A stretch of DNA of 64,000 nucleotides from Burkholderiales bacterium (lineage in GTDB: Bacteria > Pseudomonadota > Gammaproteobacteria > Burkholderiales > SG8-39): positions 108-64,107 of the forward strand of contig JBOIFE010000116.1 of NCBI GenBank assembly GCA_050741015.1, read 5' to 3'. Within the stretch, counting starts at the first letter, position 1. Every line of letters begins with the position of its first letter. The position numbers and the translations under genes are program-made. Below, one piece after another: positions 9,176-18,309 of this stretch. The notes under the pieces are model-generated. The model searched no databases. It saw only the letters and a list, made by a program, of their open reading frames with translations, and had not been told where the DNA came from.

Positions 9176-10275
9176 ACCGCGAGCGTCCCCCGCGCCACCG
9201 CCTCCGACGTGAACTCGGCATGGGCGCGGCGGCGGCCCGCTTCACCGAGGCGCGAGCGAAGATCCGGGTCGGACTGCAGCCGCGCGAGGGCGCGGGCAAG
9301 CGCCTGGGGATCGGCGGGCGGGACGGCGAGACCGGTATCGCCGTCGCGATTGACCCAATTGACGCCGTTGTTCAGCTGGCAGCACACGACCGGCCGGGCG
9401 CAGGCCATCGCCTCGACCTGCACGATGCCGAACGCCTCGGCCGGCTCGACCGAGGGCAGGCAGAACACGTCGCAAGCGTAGTACCAGGCGGGCAATTCCG
9501 CGTCGGGAATGCGGCCCACGAACTCCACGCGGTCGGCGACGCCGGCCTCCGCGGCGATCCGGCGCAGGTCCGCGGTTAGCGGACCCTGGCCACCGAGCGC
9601 GAGTCGCGCGCCGGGTACGTGCGCGAGCGCGCGCAGCAGGAACTCGAAGCCCTTGTAGTACACGTGGCGGCCGAGGGCGAAGACAAGAAATGCGCTGCCG
9701 AAGCGGCGCCGGATCTCATCGGCGAGCGGCGGCCGCACCGCAAACCTCGACAGGTCCATCCCGTAGGGCACGTAGTGCAAGCGCGTCGAGTCGCGCACGG
9801 CCGCCAGCTGCGTCGAGGAGCTCACATGCGCCGGCGTCGCCGCGATGATCGCGTCGGCGCCGCGCAGCGTCCGGTCGAGAATCGGGCGATACAGCCGCAG
9901 CAGCGCACGCTGGCGCACGATGTCGCTGTGCCAGCCGATCACACGCTTCACGTTGCGCGGAATCAGCGCGTAGGCGAGGTGCGCCATCGGGTCGGCGGGA
10001 AACTGCAGGTGCACGATGTCGAACGGCACTCGCCGGTGCCGGCTCAGCGCATGCCACGGCATGCCCGGACAGATTGGCGTGCCGCCGACACTGAGCCAGG
10101 GCTGCGCGTAGACCGTCTCGCCGACGAGCGTCGTGTCGGGCCGTCCGCCGCGCTCGGCCACGATGTTGACGAATTCGACCTCGCCTTGCAGCGCGCGGGA
10201 CAGCTCGAACACATAGCGCTCGAGGCCGCCGAAGTTGTCGTCGGCGTAGCGCCCGAAGGTGAGCACGCGGATCAC
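9148..10275 (-). CDS. glycosyltransferase family 4 (GT-B)
   Basis: GTG start giving VIRVLTFGRY. Motifs WHSDIVRQR and PSVEPAEAFGIVQVEAMACARPVV (EX7E). Paralogue of 30578..31702. Confidence 0.8.
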   Translation of the reverse strand: MIRVLTFGRYADDNFGGLERYVFELSRALQGEVEFVNIVAERGGRPDTTLVGETVYAQPWLSVGGTPICPGMPWHALSRHRRVPFDIVHLQFPADPMAHLAYALIPRNVKRVIGWHSDIVRQRALLRLYRPILDRTLRGADAIIAATPAHVSSSTQLAAVRDSTRLHYVPYGMDLSRFAVRPPLADEIRRRFGSAFLVFALGRHVYYKGFEFLLRALAHVPGARLALGGQGPLTADLRRIAAEAGVADRVEFVGRIPDAELPAWYYACDVFCLPSVEPAEAFGIVQVEAMACARPVVCCQLNNGVNWVNRDGDTGLAVPPADPQALARALARLQSDPDLRSRLGEAGRRRAHAEFTSEAVARGTLAVYREVLSRL

Positions 10276-10279
10276 GGGC

Positions 10280-11119
10280 TCAGGCGGTCCAGATCCTGGG
10301 CTTGCCGCGCGCGATCCGGTAGACGTCGGCGGCGACGCGATAGGCGCGATCTCCGAGGAAGCGCTCGATCCATGCGCCGAGCTGGGCCGCCGCGAGCGCC
10401 TGCCGCAGCCGTGGCGGCTTGCCGTGCAACCCATGCGCCGCCCGGGCGCGCTGCACCTCCTGCAGCGTGCGGTGGATGGCGGTGGGCTTCGAGCTCATGC
10501 CGCCGAAACGCATGTCGACCACCACCCGGTCCACGAAGACGGGAGCGTGCAGCAGCACCTCGCGCAGCACGAGCTCGTAATCGCCCGCGACCCGGTAGCT
10601 CTCGTCGAACGCGCCGCGCTCCTCGAATACGGAGCGATGGTGAAGGGTTCCCGGATGCGGGATCATGAATCCGGCGAGGCAGCCAGCGCGCGCCGACGGC
10701 CAGGGTCCGCCCCAGACCTCGACCACCTCGCCGCGCGCGGTCACGCGGTTGACGAGCCCATAGACGATGCGCGCCTGCGGCCGCGCTGGCGTCGCCACAT
10801 CGAGCAGGGCGCGCAGCGCCCCGGCGTCGTGGAAGGCGTCGTCGCAGCCGAGGAAACACACCCATTCGCCCCGGCTCATTCGCAGCCCCTTGTTCCACGC
10901 TTCGTACAGGCCGCCGTCGGGCTCCGAGACAAACCGGGTCACTCCGCCCGCGCGCTCGGCTTCCTGCAGGATCGCCACGGTGCCGTCGGTCGAGACGCTG
11001 TCCACGACGATCGCCTCCCGGCTGACGGCGTTCTGCGCGGCGATGCTGTCCAGGCAGCGCTGCAGGGTGCGCGCGCCGTTCTTCACGCCGATGATGACGC
11101 TGACGTCGGGCGCCGGCAT
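10280..11119 (-). CDS. glycosyltransferase family 2
   Basis: VSVIIGVKNGARTLQRCLDSI, VVDSVSTDGT and FLGCDDAF (DxD). Confidence 0.8.
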   Translation of the reverse strand: MPAPDVSVIIGVKNGARTLQRCLDSIAAQNAVSREAIVVDSVSTDGTVAILQEAERAGGVTRFVSEPDGGLYEAWNKGLRMSRGEWVCFLGCDDAFHDAGALRALLDVATPARPQARIVYGLVNRVTARGEVVEVWGGPWPSARAGCLAGFMIPHPGTLHHRSVFEERGAFDESYRVAGDYELVLREVLLHAPVFVDRVVVDMRFGGMSSKPTAIHRTLQEVQRARAAHGLHGKPPRLRQALAAAQLGAWIERFLGDRAYRVAADVYRIARGKPRIWTA

Positions 11120-11203
11120 CGGCCAATGATACGTGACGCTGTTGACGCTGCCGACGCGGCCGGGCGGGCCGCGGGAGCGCGCACGCTACAATCCGGCCGA
11201 CGC

Positions 11204-12184
11204 ATGCAGCGCGCCCTCATCACTGGCGTGAACGGCCAGGACGGCTCCTATCTCGCCGAGCTCCTGCTTGCCAAGGGCTACGAGGTGCATGGCGTCGTAC
11301 GCCGCGACGCGCTGGAGGATCCGGCGCATCGGCTGGCGAACATCGCCGGCGTACGCGACCGAATCCAGCTGCACGTCGGCAGCCTGGAAAACCACCTGAG
11401 CATCTACAAGATCGTCGCGGCCGCGCGACCGGACGAGTGCTATCACCTGGCCTCGTCGAGCTTCGTCAGCTACAACTTCGAGGACGAGGCCTCGATCGTC
11501 GCCAGCAACTTCACCGCGACCCACGCCCTGCTCTCCAGCCTGAAGGAGCTCGCGCCCCGCTGCCGGGTCTACTTTGCGGGGTCGAGCGAGATGTTCGGCG
11601 ACTCAAAGACCTCGCCGCAGAACGAGCAGACTCCGTTCAATCCGCGGTCGGTCTATGGCATTTCCAAGCTCGCCGCCTTCCATCTCGCGCGCAACTACCG
11701 CGAGCACCACGGCCTGTTCGTCGCAGCCGGCATCCTGTTCAACCACGAGTCGCCGCGCCGCGGCCGCCAGTTCGTGACGCGCAAGGTCAGCACCGCGGTC
11801 GCCGAGATCAAGCTCGGACGGGCGAGCCGGCTCACGCTCGGCAACCTGGAGGCGCGGCGCGACTGGGGCTACGCGCCCGACTATGTGCGCGCGATGCACG
11901 CCCTGCTGCAGCGGCCTTCGCCCGTCGACTGCGTCGTGGCGACCGGCGTCACGCACAGCGTGCGCGACCTGCTGCGCGCGGCGTTCGCCGTCGTCGACCT
12001 CGAATTCGAGCGCTACGTCGACACGCAGCCCGAGTACTTCCGGCCGAGCGAGAAAGTGCCTCTGTGCGGCGACGCGTCGCTCGCAAAGAGAGAGCTCGGC
12101 TGGGCGCCGACCCGGGGCTTCGAAGAAATCGTCCGCGAGATGGTGCTCGCGGACCTCGAGCGGATCAGACAAGGCGGCGCGTAG
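11204..12184 (+). CDS. gmd: GDP-mannose 4,6-dehydratase, short form (second copy)
   Basis: Internal ATG of the 10259..12184 ORF. Motifs MQRALITGVNGQDGSYLAELLLAKGYEVHG, GSSEMFG, YGISKLAAFHLARNYRE and [12 protein letters not shown]. 326 aa. Confidence 0.8.
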   Translation: MQRALITGVNGQDGSYLAELLLAKGYEVHGVVRRDALEDPAHRLANIAGVRDRIQLHVGSLENHLSIYKIVAAARPDECYHLASSSFVSYNFEDEASIVASNFTATHALLSSLKELAPRCRVYFAGSSEMFGDSKTSPQNEQTPFNPRSVYGISKLAAFHLARNYREHHGLFVAAGILFNHESPRRGRQFVTRKVSTAVAEIKLGRASRLTLGNLEARRDWGYAPDYVRAMHALLQRPSPVDCVVATGVTHSVRDLLRAAFAVVDLEFERYVDTQPEYFRPSEKVPLCGDASLAKRELGWAPTRGFEEIVREMVLADLERIRQGGA

Positions 12185-12192
12185 GCCGGCGA

Positions 12193-12207
12193 CCGGCAAC
12201 TTGCCGG
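12193..12207. promoter_or_regulatory. perfect 7-1-7 palindrome CCGGCAA-C-TTGCCGG between gmd(short) and the MarR gene
   Basis: Read directly from the sequence. It lies 9 nt after the gmd stop and 46 nt before the MarR ATG. It could be an operator or a small RNA hairpin. No U-tract follows. Confidence 0.3.
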
Positions 12208-12252
12208 GGCGCCCCTTCTCGGGTCTAATGCCGGTGTGTTCAATGATTGAAC

Positions 12253-12609
12253 ATGCTGACTGACGAATACCGCTACCGTATCCTGAAGCTGCTGCAGGCC
12301 GACCCGCGCGCGAACCAGCGGCGCATCGCGGACGAGCTCGGCATCAGCCTCGGGCGCGTCAACTACTGCCTGCAGGCGCTGATCGCCAAGGGCCTGGTCA
12401 AGGCGAAGAATTTTCGCAACAGCACCAACAAGCGAGCCTACCTGTACCTGCTCACGCCCAAGGGCGTCGAGGCGCGGGCCAAGCTCACGGTGCGCTTCCT
12501 GCAGGTGAAGCTCGCCGAGTACGCGGAGCTGACGAGCGAGATCGGCGAGCTGCGGCGCGAAGTCGCGGGGATCGATGGACCCGGGGAGGGGCCGCATGCC
12601 GACACCTAG
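12253..12609 (+). CDS. MarR-family, EPS-associated transcriptional regulator
   Basis: Small winged-helix protein: YRILKLLQADPRANQRRIADELGISLGRVNYCLQALIAKGLVK. It resembles the EPS-locus MarR family (TIGR04176, from memory). The ATG at 12253 is preferred over the TTG at 12247. Confidence 0.75.
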   Translation: MLTDEYRYRILKLLQADPRANQRRIADELGISLGRVNYCLQALIAKGLVKAKNFRNSTNKRAYLYLLTPKGVEARAKLTVRFLQVKLAEYAELTSEIGELRREVAGIDGPGEGPHADT

Positions 12610-13765
12610 CGACGCGCCGATCCGCCGCCGGGAAGATTTCCTCGTCTTCGGCGCGCCCGCGATCGAGGAGGCCGAGATCCAGGAGGTCGTGGCGACGCTC
12701 CGCTCAGGGTGGCTGGGCACCGGCCCGCGCGTGGCGCGGTTCGAGCGCGAGTTCGCGGACTACAAGGGCGTGCAAAGCGCGGCCGCGGTCAACTCCTGCA
12801 CGGCGGCGCTGCATCTTGCGCTGCTCGCGCTCCAGCTCGAGCCCGGCGACGAGGTCATCACCACGGCGCTCACCTTCTGCGCCAGCGTCAACGCGATCAT
12901 CCACGCGGGCGCGAAGCCCGTGCTCGCCGACGTCGACGCGGCGACGATGAACCTCGACCCCGCGGACGTTCGCCGGAAACTGACGCCGCGCACGCGAGCG
13001 CTCCTGCCCGTGCATTTCGCCGGACGGCCGTGCGACATGGGAGCGCTGCAAGCGATCGCCGAGCAGCACGGGCTGCGGGTCGTCGAGGACTGCGCGCACG
13101 CGATCGAGGCCGAGTACCACGGGCGCAAGGCCGGCACCTTCGGCGACTTCGGCTGCTTCAGCTTCTACGTGACGAAGAACGTCGCGACCGGCGAGGGCGG
13201 CATGCTGCTCGCCCGCCGCGAGGAGGACCTCGCGCGCGCGAAGGTGCTGGGACTGCACGGCATGAGCAAGGACGCCTGGAAGCGCTTCGGCGACGAAGGC
13301 TACAAGCACTACCAGGTGGTCGACGCCGGATTCAAGTACAACATGATGGATCTCCAGGCCGCGATCGGCATCCACCAACTGCAGCGCGTCGAGTCGAACT
13401 GGCGGCGGCGGCGGGACATCTGGCGCCGGTACAACGAGGCATTTCGAGGCCTGCCGCTCGGCCTGCCTGCCGAGCCTGAGCCCGGCACGCGGCATGGGCA
13501 TCATCTCTACACGCTGCTGGTCGACGAGCGCGACGCGTTTCTCGATGCGATGACCGCGCACAACATCGGCGTCGGCGTGCACTACCTCGCGATCCCGGAG
13601 CACCCGTATTACCGCGAGGCGTTCGGCTGGCGGCCGGAGGACTTCCCGAATGCGATGCGCATCGGCCGGCGGACAGTGAGCATCCCGCTGTCGCCGAGCC
13701 TGGCTGACAAGGACGTGGACGACGTCATCGCCGCGGTGACCCGCATCGTGCGGCGCGGCCGATGA
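12596..13765 (+). CDS. DegT/DnrJ/EryC1/StrS-family PLP-dependent sugar aminotransferase
   Basis: FGAPAIEEAEIQEV, SCTAALHLAL, and the PLP-lysine context FSFYVTKNVATGEGG. Start at the ATG 12596. Confidence 0.85.
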   Translation: MPTPSDAPIRRREDFLVFGAPAIEEAEIQEVVATLRSGWLGTGPRVARFEREFADYKGVQSAAAVNSCTAALHLALLALQLEPGDEVITTALTFCASVNAIIHAGAKPVLADVDAATMNLDPADVRRKLTPRTRALLPVHFAGRPCDMGALQAIAEQHGLRVVEDCAHAIEAEYHGRKAGTFGDFGCFSFYVTKNVATGEGGMLLARREEDLARAKVLGLHGMSKDAWKRFGDEGYKHYQVVDAGFKYNMMDLQAAIGIHQLQRVESNWRRRRDIWRRYNEAFRGLPLGLPAEPEPGTRHGHHLYTLLVDERDAFLDAMTAHNIGVGVHYLAIPEHPYYREAFGWRPEDFPNAMRIGRRTVSIPLSPSLADKDVDDVIAAVTRIVRRGR

Positions 13766-14997
13766 TCGGGGTCGGGCGCTTCCTCGGTCGGCAGGCCCGC
13801 AACCTCGCCAGGATCGCCCTGGGACGCCGCTTGACCTACACCTCGCTGATTTCGGCCACGCTGGATGCCGACGATGTCGACGTCGCCAAACAGTGCCTCG
13901 AGGATCCTTCGCGCTGGGACGAGGGCTCGACCGTCGCCGACTACGAGCGCGCGTTCCGGAGCTGGAACGGCTCGGGACAGGCCTTCGCGTTCATGGGCGG
14001 GCGCGTGGCGCTGTCGGCCGCGATCGACGCGTTGAAGCTCGGCGCCGGCGACGAGGTGATCGTGCCGGCCTACACCTGCGTCGTGGTCGCCAACGCGCTG
14101 CGATATGCGGGCGTGAAACCCGTGTACGCCGACATCGAGCTGCAGACCTACGGTCTCGACGCGCGCGATGTCGCAGCGCGGATCACGCCCGCCACCAAGG
14201 CGGTCCTCCTTCACCATCTCTACGGGCTCGTGTGCCGCGATTTCGAGGAGATCCTCGATCTCGCCCGGCGGAAGAAGCTCAGGGTGATCGAGGACTGCGC
14301 CCACGCCGCGGGCGCGAGCCACAAGGGCGTCAAGGTGGGAAACTTCGGTGACGTCGCGTTTTACTCGACCGAGCACTCGAAGCCGTTCAACACGATCCTG
14401 GGCGGCCTCGCGGTGACGTCGATCGATTCGATCGCCGATGGCTTGAAGCGTTACTACGATGCGGCGCCCCGACCGCCTCTCAAGTTCACGCAGCGGCTGC
14501 TCGCCAACGTCGTCCTCGACTATTACCGGTTCAAGCACGCACGGCGCTGGCTGCTCGGGGACTGGGAGGAATGGCGGCTGGGCGTGCGGCCCATCGTGTC
14601 CACCCCGGTCGGCGAGGAACGCGGCGAGCGCCCGCCCTACTACGGCCAGCGCATGCCCGCTCCGGTTGCCGCCCTCGGCCTGAACCAGCTGCGCAAGCTC
14701 GACGCGGTCAACGAGCGGCGCCGTGCACAGGCCGCGGTGTGGGACGACTGGTGCCGGCGGCGCGGGCTCGAGTCTCCCACGGTCGTCCCGAAATCGACTC
14801 CGATCTTCCTGCGCTACCCCGTCCTCGTCGATCCGGCGCTGAAGAAGGATCCGCGCCCGATCCGCGAGGAGCTCGGCGTCGAAGTGGGCGGCTGGTACCT
14901 GAGCCACCTGCACCCGGCGAAGGACGACCTCGAAGGGTTCCCGAACGCGGACCGGGCCATCGAGCGCTGCATCAATCTTCCCACGCTGACTGGCTGA
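13762..14997 (+). CDS. second DegT-family PLP-dependent enzyme (aminotransferase-like)
   Basis: ATGA overlap with the previous gene. Motifs GGRVALSAAIDAL, IEDCAHAAG, and the lysine context AFYSTEHSKPFNT. Confidence 0.75.
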   Translation: MIGVGRFLGRQARNLARIALGRRLTYTSLISATLDADDVDVAKQCLEDPSRWDEGSTVADYERAFRSWNGSGQAFAFMGGRVALSAAIDALKLGAGDEVIVPAYTCVVVANALRYAGVKPVYADIELQTYGLDARDVAARITPATKAVLLHHLYGLVCRDFEEILDLARRKKLRVIEDCAHAAGASHKGVKVGNFGDVAFYSTEHSKPFNTILGGLAVTSIDSIADGLKRYYDAAPRPPLKFTQRLLANVVLDYYRFKHARRWLLGDWEEWRLGVRPIVSTPVGEERGERPPYYGQRMPAPVAALGLNQLRKLDAVNERRRAQAAVWDDWCRRRGLESPTVVPKSTPIFLRYPVLVDPALKKDPRPIREELGVEVGGWYLSHLHPAKDDLEGFPNADRAIERCINLPTLTG

Positions 14998-15002
14998 ACC
15001 GC

Positions 15003-15686
15003 ATGCCCCGGATATTCGGATTCGTTCGAGACCTGTGCGCGGATGTCCTGCTCATGGCGGTGGCCCATCTGCCCGGCCGAACGGGCTACGCGGTGCGGCA
15101 TCGCTACTGGCGCCGCCGGCTGCGCCACCTGGGCAAGGGCACGCTGATCGACACCGGCGTGCATTTCCAGAATCCCGGCTTCATCCACATCGGCGACAAC
15201 GCCTGGATCGACAAGGGCGTCGTTCTGCTCGCGGGAACCGACGCTTCGCAACGCGAGAAGGTGCTCTTGCGCAATCCCGCCTACGCGGGCGAGCCCGGCG
15301 TCGTGCACATCGGCGACAACGTGCATGTCGGCATCGGCTGCATCGTCTCGGGGATCGACGCCGGCGTGCACATTGCGAATGATTGCTGCCTCGCCGCCCG
15401 CGTCCAGGTGTACGCCTTCACGCACCACTATCGATCGAAGGCGGATCCTTCGAAAGCAGTGCATTTCGGCACCATGGGCGCGCCGGAGCGCCAATGCCTG
15501 ATCGTGGGCCCCGTGCTGATCGGCGAGAACACCGGCGTGGCGACCAACGCGGTGATCCTGGCGGGTACCTTCATTCCGCGAAACTGCTTCGTGGGCGCCG
15601 GCAGCATCGTAAAGCCCGGCCAGTATGCGGAGAATTCGGTACTGTCCGGCGACCCCGCCAGGAGGGTCCGGGATCGGTTCGCGTGA
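15003..15686 (+). CDS. left-handed beta-helix (hexapeptide-repeat) acyltransferase
   Basis: Internal ATG of the 14571..15686 ORF. Repeated [LIV]-G-x4 turns: IHIGDNAWIDKGVVL, VHIGDNVHVGIGCIV, VLIGENTGVATNAVIL. Confidence 0.75.
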   Translation: MPRIFGFVRDLCADVLLMAVAHLPGRTGYAVRHRYWRRRLRHLGKGTLIDTGVHFQNPGFIHIGDNAWIDKGVVLLAGTDASQREKVLLRNPAYAGEPGVVHIGDNVHVGIGCIVSGIDAGVHIANDCCLAARVQVYAFTHHYRSKADPSKAVHFGTMGAPERQCLIVGPVLIGENTGVATNAVILAGTFIPRNCFVGAGSIVKPGQYAENSVLSGDPARRVRDRFA

Positions 15687-17146
15687 GCCTTCGCAGCGCC
15701 GCCTCGCAAGGCGTCAGGTTCACCACGCTGGCGGTGGCGTGCGGCACGCTCGTGCAGGTCGGTGGCCTGGTCGTCCTCGGGCGCCTGCTGCAGCCGTCGG
15801 ATTTCGGCCTCGTCGCGATGATGGTCGTGGTGTTCGGATTCGCCGACATGCTCGCCCAGATGGGCGTGGGCGACGGGATCGTCCAGCACCCGCAGCCCGT
15901 CGATTCCAACCAGCTCTCCACGCTGTTCTGGACCAATTGCCTGCTGGGCGTCGGCGCCTACGGGGTCGTGCAACTCTCGATCCCGCTGCTCGTCGCGATC
16001 TACGGCGAGCCCGAGCTCGGCGCGCTGGTGCCGGTCGCCTCGCTGTCGCTGGTCGTCACGCCGCTCGGGATCCACGTCGCGGCGCTGCTGCGCAGGGCAC
16101 TGAGGTTCAAGCTCCTCGCCGCGCTCGAGCTGGGCAAGGCGCTCGCCGCCACGGGCACCGCCATCGCCGGCGCGCTGCTCGGATGGGGCGTCTGGGCGCT
16201 CGTCGCGGGACAGCTGGCGGCCGCCGCGTTCGGCACCGCGGCGCTGCTGATCATCGGGGCCGCAAAGGGCTGGCTGCCACGCCTGCGCTACGACGCGGCG
16301 AGCGTGAGGGAAATCCTGCGGTTCGGCGCCTTTTACTTCGGCTCGAACGTCGTCAACTACTTCAATTCGAGAATCGACCAGCTCCTGATCGGCAGCCTGC
16401 TGGGCGCGCGCGCGCTGGGCTACTACAGCATGGCCTTCAACCTCGTCTCGCAGCCGACGTCCAAGGTCAACCAGGTCGTGACGCAGGTCGCGTTCCCGAT
16501 CATGGCGCAGATACGAGACGACGCCGGGCAATTGAACCGATGGTACCTGAAGCTGCTGAACATCCTCGCGACCGTAAACGCGCCGATGCTGCTCGGGTTG
16601 GCGGCCGTCGCGCCGCTACTGGTTCCCCTTGTGCTCGGAGACGGCTGGGCGCCCTCCCTACCGCTCGTGCAGATCCTAGCGATCCTGTTCGTGCTGCGCT
16701 CCGCCGGCAATGCGGGCGGCACGCTGATGTACGCGCTCGGGCGATCGGAGATCAACTTCCGCTGGAACTGCACGATTTCGCTCCTGGTCCCCGCAGCGGT
16801 GTTCCTCGGCGCCAAGGCGGGCGGCCTGGCCGGCGTCGCAGCCGCCCTCGCGCTCGCCCAGGTGCTGCTGTTCTTCCTCTGGTTCCCGGTCGTGAGGCGG
16901 GTGCTGCCGCTGCGGCTCGGCACGTATGCGGCGGCCTTTCTGCGGCCTACGGCTCTCGCGGCTCTCATGGCGCTCGCGGTGTGGCTCGTCGCCGACATCC
17001 CGCTCGAAGGTTCGGTTCCAGCGCGCATCGCCGTGCTCGCCTGCATCGGCGCGGCGGCGTACTTGATCGCGTATCGCGTGCTGTATCGCGCAGAGTTCGA
17101 CGAGTACCTGTCCCTCCTTCGCGGAGGCGCGGCGCCGCAGCCATGA
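15683..17146 (+). CDS. wzx: MOP/PST-family polysaccharide flippase (Wzx-like)
   Basis: GTGA overlap start. About 487 aa and very hydrophobic, with at least 12 predicted helices. PST-type stretches such as YYSMAFNLVSQP and FPIMAQI. Confidence 0.8.
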   Translation: MSLRSAASQGVRFTTLAVACGTLVQVGGLVVLGRLLQPSDFGLVAMMVVVFGFADMLAQMGVGDGIVQHPQPVDSNQLSTLFWTNCLLGVGAYGVVQLSIPLLVAIYGEPELGALVPVASLSLVVTPLGIHVAALLRRALRFKLLAALELGKALAATGTAIAGALLGWGVWALVAGQLAAAAFGTAALLIIGAAKGWLPRLRYDAASVREILRFGAFYFGSNVVNYFNSRIDQLLIGSLLGARALGYYSMAFNLVSQPTSKVNQVVTQVAFPIMAQIRDDAGQLNRWYLKLLNILATVNAPMLLGLAAVAPLLVPLVLGDGWAPSLPLVQILAILFVLRSAGNAGGTLMYALGRSEINFRWNCTISLLVPAAVFLGAKAGGLAGVAAALALAQVLLFFLWFPVVRRVLPLRLGTYAAAFLRPTALAALMALAVWLVADIPLEGSVPARIAVLACIGAAAYLIAYRVLYRAEFDEYLSLLRGGAAPQP

Positions 17147-18309
17147 TCCAGGTCGTGCACAGCAACCCGGTCTGGCTTCCCGCCACCCAGACGTGGATCC
17201 ACACGCAGGTCAGCGAGCTCCCGCCGGCGCGCGTGGAGTGCCACGTGGTGTGCGAGCGGACCGAGAACCTCGGGCAATTTCCAATGAAACACCTCCACGA
17301 CTTCTCGACCGCGCCCTCGTGGGTGCGCACCTGGGATCGCGGCCTGCGTCGGCTCGGCCTGCGGAACCACCTGGGCTACCTCGCGAGGACGGCGCGCGCG
17401 GTCAAGGCAGACATCGTGCATTCGCACTTCGGCGACGTCGCCTGGGCGAACCTCGGCGCGACGAGAGCCGCGGGTTGCCGCCATGTCGCCACCTTCTATG
17501 GCTACGACATGAGCCGCTTGGCGCAGATGGAAGCGTGGCGGGCGCGATTCCGCCAGCTGTTCGGCAAGGTGGACCGGGTCTTCTGCGAGGGCCCGCACAT
17601 GGCGCGGCGGATTGTCGACCTGGGTTGCCCGGAATCGAAGATGCGCGTGCACCACCTGGGCATTTCGCTCGAGCAACTGCCCTTCCGGCCGCGGTCCTGG
17701 GCGCCGGGCGGTGCCCTGAAGGTGCTGATCGCCGCCACGTTTACCGAAAAGAAAGGGATTCCCTACGCGCTCGAGGCGCTGGGACGCTTGCGCCAGCACG
17801 TCGGCGTCGAGGTCACGGTGATCGGCGACGCGCGCGACGAAAGCTCCGAGAACCTGAATCAGAAGCAGAAGATCCTCGCGACGATCGCCGCCCAGGGAAT
17901 GAGCGCGAAGGTGAGGCTACTCGGCTTCCAACCGTACTCACGCCTGATCGAGGAAGCGTACCGCCACCATGTCTTCCTCTCGCCAAGCGTCACGGCGGAA
18001 GATGGCGACACCGAAGGCGGCGCGCCGGTTTCGATCCTGGAAATGGCGGCTTCGGGCATGCTCATCGTAAGCACGCGGCATTGCGACATTCCGGACATCG
18101 TGCAGGAGGGCCGCACCGGCCTGCTGGCCGAGGAGCGTGATGTCGAGGGGCTGCTGGAGCGGCTGCTCTACGCCGTGCGCGAGCCCGAGCGCTGGCCCGA
18201 CATGCTCGCGAACGCGCGCCGGCATGTCGAAGCGGAGTTCGACTCGAAGATCCAGGGCGCGCGCCTCGCCGCCCACTACGAGGCGCTGCTCGAGGGTCGG
18301 CCGTCATGA
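17143..18309 (+). CDS. glycosyltransferase family 4 (GT-B)
   Basis: ATGA overlap start giving MIQVVHSNPVW. Motif GDTEGGAPVSILEMAASGMLIVST (EX7E). Confidence 0.8.
   Translation: MIQVVHSNPVWLPATQTWIHTQVSELPPARVECHVVCERTENLGQFPMKHLHDFSTAPSWVRTWDRGLRRLGLRNHLGYLARTARAVKADIVHSHFGDVAWANLGATRAAGCRHVATFYGYDMSRLAQMEAWRARFRQLFGKVDRVFCEGPHMARRIVDLGCPESKMRVHHLGISLEQLPFRPRSWAPGGALKVLIAATFTEKKGIPYALEALGRLRQHVGVEVTVIGDARDESSENLNQKQKILATIAAQGMSAKVRLLGFQPYSRLIEEAYRHHVFLSPSVTAEDGDTEGGAPVSILEMAASGMLIVSTRHCDIPDIVQEGRTGLLAEERDVEGLLERLLYAVREPERWPDMLANARRHVEAEFDSKIQGARLAAHYEALLEGRPS

Noticed and set aside
11142-11191. TTGACG and TACAAT hexamers upstream of gmd(short) as a sigma70 promoter.
   Set aside because: The spacing between them is 38 nt, so they cannot form one promoter. 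TACAAT alone, 13 nt before the ATG, is too weak as evidence.
15625-17142. The upstream 500 aa of the 894-aa ORF that would suggest a giant fusion protein.
   Set aside because: It is out of frame over the Wzx flippase gene. The real GT4 starts at the ATGA junction at 17143.
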